Part shown: positions 1 through 10,025 of the stretch, one piece after another
Numbering within the stretch: the first letter of the stretch is position 1
How the letters are laid out: each line of letters starts with the position of its first letter
UHGV virus genome: UHGV-1619847
Strand: one strand, 5' to 3'
From: a virus
DNA length: 11,386 nucleotides
Made by a program: the position numbers and the translations under genes
The notes under the pieces: model-generated
Seen by the model: only the letters and a program-made list of their open reading frames with translations
Databases searched by the model: none
Told to the model about the DNA's origin: nothing

Positions 1-265
1 TCAATTATTACCGTCTCCGAAGTGGAATCGACAAGATAACCGCGCAGGTTAACTATCTGCAGGAATACATCAGGACGCAATGCCTTCGATGATAGCGATA
101 ATTTTACTCATCATCCTTCACATCTGGCTCTGTAGACAGGGTGGTGATCACTTCTGGAGTAAATCCAGATTAAACATCTCATTGCTGATGCTTGATATTG
201 AGCATCTTGCGCGCGGTAAGGGGCTGCGTTGAGATAAGAGCCAGTCATTACAAATACCAGGATTT

Positions 266-292
266 AGCCTCGTATTCGCGGGGCTTTTTATT
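266..292 (+). terminator. Putative rho-independent terminator for rightward transcription
   Basis: Stem AGCCTCG / CGGGGCT (7 bp including one G.U pair) around loop TATTCG at 266-285, followed directly by TTTTATT (286-292). Hand-folded, not computed. Confidence 0.45.
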
Positions 293-301
293 GTCATTAC
301 A

Positions 302-327
302 AAAGCCACTCCCTACAGAGTGGCTTT
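302..327 (-). terminator. Putative hairpin/terminator for leftward transcription from the AT-rich cassette
   Basis: Perfect 10-bp inverted repeat AAAGCCACTC ... GAGTGGCTTT with 6-nt loop; read on the minus strand the stem is followed by UUUUGU. Sits back-to-back with the 266-292 hairpin. Confidence 0.35.
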
Positions 328-546
328 GATAATGGTTTATACCCTACACGGGATAACTTAACTGATATCCCTTTTAAAGGATAAAGGTATTCAAGCCTGA
401 CACATCATGCGCTGTATCGTCGCCGTATTCCCGTATTAACAGAGACCGTAGCCCGACGGGGAACTCCTTCTGCGCGAGTGTGTGGGAATAATCAAAAACG
501 ATGCACACCGGGGTTACCGGGTACACATATTTCATCATGCCAGCGA

Positions 547-575
547 GTCCGGTTCTGGCACGGAAGAAACCGGAC
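547..575 (-). other. Stem-loop immediately 3' of the unknown-protein gene (no U-tract)
   Basis: 8-bp inverted repeat GTCCGGTT (547-554) / AACCGGAC (568-575) with a 13-nt loop, 9 nt beyond the stop codon at 584-586. No T-run on either side, so not a classical intrinsic terminator. Confidence 0.25.
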
Positions 576-583
576 GTTATGAT

Positions 584-994
584 TTAGTGCGGAAATATTT
601 GTGTAGTGTTCTGAATGTTCTCAGTAAAGAGTAATGAATTATCAAAGGTATAGTAATACCTTTTGTTTTCGTGGATATTTGTAATCCATCTGAAAACCCC
701 TGCTGTAGCAAGATTTTTCCTGTATTCGTAAAATGATAACTCTCCTGATTTGAATCCTTTTAAGGTGGCTTCTATAAGGCATTTATTTTTTGAAAATCTT
801 ACATTTACAACCTTACCCTGTCCTTTTATTAAAACCGTATTATCGTTTTCAAGAACAAGATGAATATTCTCTGTGGCTAAATAGTAAATGTAATGTGAGA
901 CATTGTGACGTTTTAGTTCAGAATAAAACCAGTGATAGTTTAAATTATTTCGCACTTTATCGAATATTTGTTTAAAAATGGCAACCTGAGCCAT
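584..994 (-). CDS. Hypothetical protein, no recognisable family (candidate effector of the AT-rich cassette)
   Basis: Minus-strand ORF in a roughly 33% G+C region, where a 136-141 codon open frame is unlikely by chance. The ATG at 994 is preceded by GGAAGG with 7-nt spacing (rc of 995-1012 = CACATGGAAGGTACTACA). The longer ORF-track start at 1009 has no Shine-Dalgarno (preceded by CCCCTCATATCAC), so 994 is preferred. Protein is rich in Tyr/Phe/Asn/Lys; I see no known catalytic motif. Confidence 0.5.
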   Translation of the reverse strand: MAQVAIFKQIFDKVRNNLNYHWFYSELKRHNVSHYIYYLATENIHLVLENDNTVLIKGQGKVVNVRFSKNKCLIEATLKGFKSGELSFYEYRKNLATAGVFRWITNIHENKRYYYTFDNSLLFTENIQNTTQIFPH

Positions 995-1050
995 TGTAGT
1001 ACCTTCCATGTGATATGAGGGGCGTAGTCTGCACGATTATCTAAATTGCT

Positions 1051-1284
1051 TCAATCTGGTCTGATCTGTTTTCTGAGCAATTCAGTAATGTCACTCTTTT
1101 CTTTGTTTGCTTCAGGAGAAACTCTTTTTTCTGAGCACAGTCTCCGGCGGCAGGCTTCAATGACCCAGGCTGAGAAATTCCCGGACCCTTTTTGCTCAAG
1201 AGCGATGTTAATTTGTTCAATCATTTGGTTAGGAAAGCGGATGTTGCGGGTTGTTGTTCTGCGGGTTCTGTTCTTCGTTGACAT
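1051..1284 (-). CDS. Ribbon-helix-helix (Arc/Mnt/CopG-like) DNA-binding protein, 77 aa
   Basis: Basic N-terminal tail (KNRTRRTTTR) followed by NIRFPNQMIEQINIALEQKGSGNFSAWVIEACRRRL, which lines up by eye with the P22 Arc core (FNLRWPREVLDLVRKVAEENGRSVNSEIYQRVMESF): beta-strand R-F/W-P, helix, G-x-S/N turn, helix. GGGA lies about 8 nt upstream of the ATG (rc of 1282-1284). Same strand as and 56 nt upstream of the 584-994 ORF. Confidence 0.55.
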   Translation of the reverse strand: MSTKNRTRRTTTRNIRFPNQMIEQINIALEQKGSGNFSAWVIEACRRRLCSEKRVSPEANKEKSDITELLRKQIRPD

Positions 1285-1432
1285 GAGGTTGTCCCGTATT
1301 CAGTGTCGCTGATTTGTATTGTCTGAAGTTGTTTTTACATTAAGTTGATGCAGATCAATTAATATGATACCTGCGTCATAATTGATTATTTGACGTGGTT
1401 TGATGGCGTAGATGCACGTTGTGACATGCAGA

Positions 1433-1447
1433 TGATAATTATTATCA
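1433..1447. promoter_or_regulatory. cosQ: cosQ-region palindrome TGATAAT-T-ATTATCA
   Basis: Perfect 7-1-7 palindrome about 37 bp upstream of the cohesive-end sequence. Lambda has the equivalent TGATAAT-C-ATTATCA in its right-end cosQ region (from memory). Exact cosQ boundaries are not determinable here. Confidence 0.4.
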
Positions 1448-1483
1448 TTTTGCGGGTCCTTTCCGGCGATCCGACAGGTTACG

Positions 1484-1495
1484 GGGCGGCGACCT
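1484..1495. other. cosN: cosN cohesive-end sequence (12-nt 5' overhang GGGCGGCGACCT); mature left genome end begins at 1484
   Basis: Exact lambda cohesive-end 12-mer GGGCGGCGACCT, preceded by the lambda right-end sequence ...CCGACAGGTTACG and followed by CTCGCGGGTTTTCGCTATTTATGAAAATTTTCCGG as in lambda's left end. Confidence 0.85.
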
Positions 1496-1529
1496 CGCGG
1501 GTTTTCGCTATTTATGAAAATTTTCCGGT

Positions 1530-1650
1530 TTAAGGCGTTTCCGTTCTTCTTCGTCGTAACTTAATGTTTTTATTTAAAATACCCCCTGAAAAGAAAGGAA
1601 ACGACAGGTGCTGAAAACGAGCTTTTGGGCCTCTGTCGTTTCCTTTCTCT
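1530..1650 (+). promoter_or_regulatory. cosB: cosB terminase (gpNu1) binding region with R3, IHF-site spacer, R2 and R1
   Basis: R3-like CGTTTCCGTTCT at 1536-1547; AT-rich spacer (TAACTTAATGTTTTTATTTAAAATACC) where lambda has IHF site I1; R2 GAAAGGAAACGACAG (1593-1607) and R1 CTGTCGTTTCCTTTC (1633-1647) form a perfect 15-bp inverted repeat. Lies directly upstream of nu1. Confidence 0.7.
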
Positions 1651-1672
1651 GTTTTTGGCCGTGGAATGAACA

Positions 1673-2192
1673 ATGGAAGTCAACAAAAAGCAGCTGGCTG
1701 ACATTTTCGGTGCGAGTATCCGTACCATTCAGAACTGGCAGGAACAGGGAATGCCCGTTCTGCGAGGCGGTGGCAAGGGTAATGAGGTGCTTTATGACTC
1801 TGCCGCCGTTATAAAATGGTATGCCGAAAGGGATGCTGAAATTGAGAACGAAAAGCTGCGCCGGGAAGTTGAAGAACTGCGGCAGGCCAGCGAGACAGAT
1901 CTCCAGCCAGGGACTATTGAGTACGAACGCCATCGACTTACGCGTGCGCAGGCCGACGCACAGGAACTGAAGAATGCCAGAGACTCAGCTGAAGTGGTGG
2001 AAACCGCATTCTGTACTTTCGTGCTGTCGCGGATCGCAGGTGAAATTGCCAGTATTCTCGACGGGATCCCCCTGTCGGTGCAGCGGCGTTTTCCGGAACT
2101 GGAAAACCGACATGTTGATTTCCTGAAACGGGATATCATCAAAGCCATGAACAAAGCAGCCGCGCTGGATGAACTGATACCGGGGTTGCTGA

Positions 2193-2218
<26 letters not shown>
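1673..2218 (+). CDS. nu1: Terminase small subunit gpNu1
   Basis: 181-aa product MEVNKKQLADIFGASIRTIQNWQEQGMPVLRGG... matches lambda gpNu1 (N-terminal winged HTH). Directly downstream of cosB; overlaps A by 26 nt as in lambda. Confidence 0.95.
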
Positions 2219-5899
<3,681 letters not shown>

Positions 5900-5919
<20 letters not shown>

Positions 5920-7219
5920 TCTCCCGCATATTGCCAGCATGGCCTTTAATGAGCCGCTGATGCTTGAACCCGCCTATGCGCGGGTTTTCTTTTGTGCGCT
6001 TGCAGGCCAGCTTGGGATCAGCCGCCTGACGGATGCGGTGTCCGGCGACAGCCTGACTGCCCAGGAGGCACTCGCGACGCTGGCATTATCCGGTGATGAT
6101 GACGGACCACGACAGGCCCGCAGTTATCAGGTCATGAACGGCATCGCCGTGCTGCCGGTGTCCGGCACGCTGGTCAGCCGGACGCGGGCGCTGCAGCCGT
6201 ATTCGGGGATGACCGGTTACAACGGCATTATCGCCCGTCTGCAACAGGCTGCCAGCGATCCGATGGTGGACGGCATTCTGCTCGATATGGACACGCCCGG
6301 CGGGATGGTGGCGGGGGCATTTGACTGCGCTGACATCATCGCCCGTGTGCGTGACATAAAGCCGGTATGGGCGCTGGCCAATGACATGAACTGCAGCGCA
6401 GGTCAGCTGCTTGCCAGTGCCGCCTCCCGGCGTCTGGTCACGCAGACCGCCCGGACAGGCTCCATCGGCGTCATGATGGCTCACAGTAATTACGGTGCTG
6501 CGCTGGAGAAACAGGGCGTGGAAATCACGCTGATTTACAGCGGCAGCCATAAGGTGGATGGCAACCCCTACAGCCATCTACCGGATGATGTCCGGGAAAC
6601 ACTGCAGTCCCGGATGGATGCAACCCGCCGGATGTTTGCACAGAAGGTGTCGGCATATACCGGCCTGTCCGTGCAGGCTGTGCTGGATACCGAGGCTGCA
6701 GTGTACAGCGGTCAGGAGGCCATTGATGCCGGACTGGCTGATGAACTTGTTAACAGTACCGATGCGATCACCATCATGCGTGATGCACTGGATGCACGTA
6801 AATCCCGTCTCTCAGGAGGGCGAATGACCAAAGAGACTCAATCAACAACTGTTTCAGCCACTGCTTCGCAGGCTGACGTTACTGGCGTGGTGCCAGCGAT
6901 GGAGGGCGAAAACGCCAGCGCGGCGCAGCCGGACGTGAACGCGCAGATCAACGCTGCGGTTGCGGCAGAAAACAGCCGCATTATGGGGATCCTCAACTGT
7001 GAGGAGGCTCACGGACGCGAAGAACAGGCCCGCGTGCTGGCAGAAACCCCCGGTATGACCGTGGAAACGGCCCGCCGCATTCTGGCCGCAGCACCACAGA
7101 GTGCACAGGCGCGCAGTGATACTGCGCTGGATCGTCTGATGCAGGGGGCACCGGCACCGCTGGCTGCAGGTAACCCGGCATCTGATGCCGTTAACGATTT
7201 GCTGAACACACCAGTGTAA
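5900..7219 (+). CDS. C: Head maturation protease gpC (S49-type prohead protease)
   Basis: GTG start at 5900 gives MTAELRNLPHIASMAFNEPLMLEP..., the lambda gpC N-terminus, and 439 aa, the lambda gpC length. The ORF-track start at 5765 would add 45 residues lying wholly inside B. AGGAGGAGAAGAG precedes the GTG. Confidence 0.88.
6614..7219 (+). CDS. nu3: Scaffolding protein gpNu3, in-frame nested within the 3' third of C
   Basis: In-frame ATG at 6614 (ATG GAT GCA = MDATRRMFAQKV...) gives 201 aa sharing the C stop, the same nested arrangement and length as lambda nu3. Start assigned by homology of arrangement; the RBS is weak. Confidence 0.6.
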   Translation: MDATRRMFAQKVSAYTGLSVQAVLDTEAAVYSGQEAIDAGLADELVNSTDAITIMRDALDARKSRLSGGRMTKETQSTTVSATASQADVTGVVPAMEGENASAAQPDVNAQINAAVAAENSRIMGILNCEEAHGREEQARVLAETPGMTVETARRILAAAPQSAQARSDTALDRLMQGAPAPLAAGNPASDAVNDLLNTPV

Positions 7220-7228
7220 GGGATGTTT

Positions 7229-7561
7229 ATGACGAGCAAAGAAACCTTTACCCATTACCAGCCGCTGGGCAACAGTGACCCGGCTCATACCGCAACCGCG
7301 CCCGGCGGATTGAGTGCGAAAGCGCCTGCAATGACCCCGCTGATGCTGGACACATCCACCCGTAAGCTGGTTGCGTGGGATGGCACCACCGACGGTGCTG
7401 CCGTTGGCATTCTTGCGGTTGCTGCTGACCAGACCAGCACCACGCTGACGTTCTACAAGTCCGGCACGTTCCGTTATGAGGATGTGCTCTGGCCGGAGGC
7501 TGCCAGCGACGAGACGAAAAAACGGACCGCGTTTGCCGGAACGGCAATCAGCATCGTTTAA
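7229..7561 (+). CDS. D: Head decoration protein gpD
   Basis: 110-aa product [52 protein letters not shown]... matches lambda gpD. The ORF-track start at 7223 (MFMTSKE) is 2 codons upstream; 7229 gives the lambda N-terminus. Confidence 0.9.
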   Translation: MTSKETFTHYQPLGNSDPAHTATAPGGLSAKAPAMTPLMLDTSTRKLVAWDGTTDGAAVGILAVAADQTSTTLTFYKSGTFRYEDVLWPEAASDETKKRTAFAGTAISIV

Positions 7562-7581
7562 CTTTACCCTTCATCACTAAA

Positions 7582-7603
7582 GGCCGCCTGTGCGGCTTTT
7601 TTT
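7582..7603 (+). terminator. Intrinsic-terminator-like hairpin between D and E
   Basis: GGCCGC-CTGT-GCGGCT stem-loop (6 bp, one G.U; flanking AA/TT could extend it) followed by a 7-T run (7597-7603), 20 nt after the D stop and 14 nt before the E start. Confidence 0.45.
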
Positions 7604-7616
7604 ACGGGATTTTTTT

Positions 7617-8642
7617 ATGTCGATGTACACAACCGCCCAGCTGCTGGCGGCAAATGAGCAGAAATTTAAGTTTGATCCGCTGTTTCTGCGTCTCTTTTTC
7701 CGTGAGAGCTATCCCTTCACCACGGAGAAAGTCTATCTCTCACAAATTCCGGGACTGGTAAACATGGCGCTGTACGTTTCGCCGATTGTTTCCGGTGAGG
7801 TTATCCGTTCCCGTGGCGGCTCCACCTCTGAATTTACGCCGGGATATGTCAAGCCGAAGCATGAAGTGAATCCGCAGATGACCCTGCGTCGCCTGCCGGA
7901 TGAAGATCCGCAGAATCTGGCGGACCCGGCTTACCGCCGCCGTCGCATCATCATGCAGAACATGCGTGACGAAGAGCTGGCCATTGCTCAGGTCGAAGAG
8001 ATGCAGGCAGTTTCTGCCGTGCTTAAGGGCAAATACACCATGACCGGTGAAGCCTTTGATCCGGTTGAGGTGGATATGGGCCGCAGTGCGGCGAACAACA
8101 TCACACAGTCCGGCGACACGGAGTGGAGCAAGCGTGACAAGTCCACGTATGACCCGACCGACGATATCGAAGCCTACGCGCTGAACGCCAGCGGCGTGGT
8201 GAATATCATCGTGTTTGATCCGAAAGGCTGGGCGCTGTTCCGTTCCTTCAAAGCCGTCAGGGAGAAGCTGGATACCCGTCGCGGCTCTCATTCCGAGCTG
8301 GAGACAGCGGTGAAAGACCTGGGCAAAGCGGTGTCCTATAAGGGAATGTATGGCGATGTGGCCATCGTCGTGTATTCCGGACAGTACGTGGAAAACGGCG
8401 TCAAAAAGAACTTCCTGCCGGACAACACGATGGTGCTGGGTAACACTCATGCACGCGGTCTGCGCACCTATGGCTGCATTCAGGATGCGGATGCACAGCG
8501 CGAAGGCATTAACGCCTCTGCCCGTTACCCGAAAAACTGGGTGACCACCGGCGATCCGGCGCGTGAGTTCACCATGATTCAGTCAGCACCGCTGATGCTG
8601 CTGGCTGACCCTGATGAGTTCGTGTCCGTACAACTGGCGTAA
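7617..8642 (+). CDS. E: Major capsid protein gpE (HK97-fold)
   Basis: 341-aa product MSMYTTAQLLAANEQKFKFDPLFLRLFFRESYPFTTEKVYLSQIPGLVNMALYVSPIVSGEVIRSRGG... matches lambda gpE. The ORF-track start at 7590 lies inside the upstream hairpin and is rejected. Confidence 0.93.
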   Translation: MSMYTTAQLLAANEQKFKFDPLFLRLFFRESYPFTTEKVYLSQIPGLVNMALYVSPIVSGEVIRSRGGSTSEFTPGYVKPKHEVNPQMTLRRLPDEDPQNLADPAYRRRRIIMQNMRDEELAIAQVEEMQAVSAVLKGKYTMTGEAFDPVEVDMGRSAANNITQSGDTEWSKRDKSTYDPTDDIEAYALNASGVVNIIVFDPKGWALFRSFKAVREKLDTRRGSHSELETAVKDLGKAVSYKGMYGDVAIVVYSGQYVENGVKKNFLPDNTMVLGNTHARGLRTYGCIQDADAQREGINASARYPKNWVTTGDPAREFTMIQSAPLMLLADPDEFVSVQLA

Positions 8643-8645
8643 TCG

Positions 8646-8672
8646 TGGCCCTTCGGGGCCATTTTCTCTCTG
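8646..8672 (+). other. Stem-loop with UUCG tetraloop and U-rich tail between E and FI
   Basis: TGGCCC-TTCG-GGGCCA (6-bp GC-rich stem, UUCG loop) at 8646-8661, followed by TTTTCTCTCTG, then the FI RBS GGAGGAG (8674-8680) and ATG at 8684. Confidence 0.45.
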
Positions 8673-8683
8673 TGGAGGAGTTC

Positions 8684-9070
8684 ATGACGAAAGATGAACT
8701 GATTGCCCGTCTTCAGGAGCTGGGTGAGCAACTGAACCGTGATGTCAGCCTGACGGGAACGAAAGAAGAACTGGCGCTCCGTGTGGCAGAGCTGGAAGAG
8801 GAGCTTGATGACACTGCCGATCAGGATACCCCTATCAGCCCGGAAAATGCGCTGACCGGACATGAAAATGAGGTTGTATCAGCGCAGCCGGATACCGTGA
8901 CTGATACGGCTGATCTGGTCACGGTTGTGGCACTGGTGACGCTGCATACTGATGCACTTCACGCCACGCGGGATGACACTGTGGCATTTGTGCTGCCGGG
9001 AACGGCGTTCCGTGTCTCTGCCGGTGTGGCAGCTGAAATGACAGAGCGCGGCCTGGCCAGAATGCAATAA
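8684..9070 (+). CDS. FI: DNA-packaging/head assembly protein gpFI
   Basis: MTKDELIARLQELGEQLNRDVSLTGTKEELALRVAELEEELDD... with RBS GGAGGAG 4 nt upstream. 128 aa, four codons shorter than my recollection of lambda gpFI (132 aa). Confidence 0.88.
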   Translation: MTKDELIARLQELGEQLNRDVSLTGTKEELALRVAELEEELDDTADQDTPISPENALTGHENEVVSAQPDTVTDTADLVTVVALVTLHTDALHATRDDTVAFVLPGTAFRVSAGVAAEMTERGLARMQ

Positions 9071-9081
9071 CGGGAGGCGCT

Positions 9082-9435
9082 GTGGCTGATTTCGATAACC
9101 TGTTCGATGCTGCCATTGCCCGCGCCGATGAAACGATACGCGGGTACATGGGAACGTCAGCCACCATGACATCCGGTGAGCAGTCCGGCGCAGTAATACG
9201 TGGTGTTTTTGATGACCCTGAAAATATCAGCTATGCCGGACAGGGCGTGCGCGTTGAAGGCTCCAGCCCGTCCCTGTTTGTCCGGACTGATGATGTGCGG
9301 CAACTGCGGCGTGGAGACACGCTGACCATCGGTGAGGAAAACTTCTGGATAGACCGGGTTTCGCCGGATGATGGTGGAAGCTGTCATCTCTGGCTTGGGC
9401 GGGGCGTACCGCCTGCCGTTAACCGTCGCCGCTGA
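9082..9435 (+). CDS. FII: Head-tail connector protein gpFII
   Basis: GTG start at 9082 preceded by GGGAGG. 117-aa product MADFDNLFDAAIARADETIRGYMGTSATMTSGEQSGAVIRGVFDDPENISYAGQG... matches lambda gpFII. Confidence 0.9.
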   Translation: MADFDNLFDAAIARADETIRGYMGTSATMTSGEQSGAVIRGVFDDPENISYAGQGVRVEGSSPSLFVRTDDVRQLRRGDTLTIGEENFWIDRVSPDDGGSCHLWLGRGVPPAVNRRR

Positions 9436-9446
9436 AAGGGGGATGT

Positions 9447-10025
9447 ATGGCCATAAAAGGTCTTGAGCAGGCCGTTGAAAACCTCAGCCGTATCAGCAAA
9501 ACGGCGGTGCCTGGTGCCGCCGCAATGGCCATTAACCGCGTTGCTTCATCCGCGATATCGCAGTCGGCGTCACAGGTTGCCCGTGAGACAAAGGTACGCC
9601 GGAAACTGGTAAAGGAAAGGGCCAGGCTGAAAAGGGCCACGGTCAAAAATCCGCAGGCCAGAATCAAAGTTAACCGGGGGGATTTGCCCGTAATCAAGCT
9701 GGGTAATGCGCGGGTTGTCCTTTCGCGCCGCAGGCGTCGTAAAAAGGGGCAGCGTTCATCCCTGAAAGGTGGCGGCAGCGTGCTTGTGGTGGGAAACCGT
9801 CGTATTCCCGGCGCGTTTATTCAGCAACTGAAAAATGGCCGCTGGCATGTCATGCAGCGTGTGGCCGGGAAAAACCGTTACCCCATTGATGTGGTGAAAA
9901 TCCCGATGGCGGTGCCGCTGACCACGGCGTTTAAACAGAATATTGAACGGATACGGCGTGAACGTCTTCCGAAAGAGCTGGGCTATGCGCTGCAGCATCA
10001 ACTGAGAATGGTAATAAAGCGATGA
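9447..10025 (+). CDS. Z: Tail completion protein gpZ
   Basis: 192-aa product MAIKGLEQAVENLSRISKTAVPGAAAMAINRVASSAISQ... preceded by AAGGGGGA. Same length as lambda gpZ; ATGA overlap with U. Confidence 0.9.
   Translation: MAIKGLEQAVENLSRISKTAVPGAAAMAINRVASSAISQSASQVARETKVRRKLVKERARLKRATVKNPQARIKVNRGDLPVIKLGNARVVLSRRRRRKKGQRSSLKGGGSVLVVGNRRIPGAFIQQLKNGRWHVMQRVAGKNRYPIDVVKIPMAVPLTTAFKQNIERIRRERLPKELGYALQHQLRMVIKR

Noticed and set aside
1-39. Possible C-terminal tail of a plus-strand gene entering from the left (frame 1 open to TAA at 37-39)
   Set aside because: Only 12 codons are visible and the other frames close within 92 nt; it cannot be supported without the upstream sequence.
790-1312. 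Plus-strand ORFs 790-975 (61 aa) and 1046-1312 (88 aa) in the AT-rich region
   Set aside because: Both are antisense to the two longer minus-strand genes; the minus-strand products have a recognisable RHH signature and a proper RBS, while these have low-complexity hydrophobic translations and no RBS.
1425-1447. Resemblance of the cosQ-region palindrome (GATGATAATTATTATCA) to a Fur box (GATAATGATAATCATTATC)
   Set aside because: By my hand alignment only about 15 of 19 positions match, and the element is the conserved cos-proximal palindrome also present in lambda. Iron regulation of a packaging site has no supporting context, so it is probably an AT-rich palindrome coincidence.
1608-1814. Plus-strand 68-aa ORF spanning cosB and the start of nu1
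   Set aside because: It starts inside the R2/R1 terminase-binding repeats and runs out of frame through nu1; it is an artefact of the ORF finder.
7590-7616. Extended E start at 7590 (350 aa) and extended D start at 7223
   Set aside because: The 7590 start sits inside the D-E hairpin and T-run; the lambda proteins begin MSMYTTAQ (7617) and MTSKETF (7229).
8645-8683. Extended FI start at 8645 and extended V start at 10395
   Set aside because: Both extensions overlap the upstream hairpin or gene; the ATGs at 8684 and 10425 have strong RBSs (GGAGGAG, GAGGA) and give the lambda N-termini.
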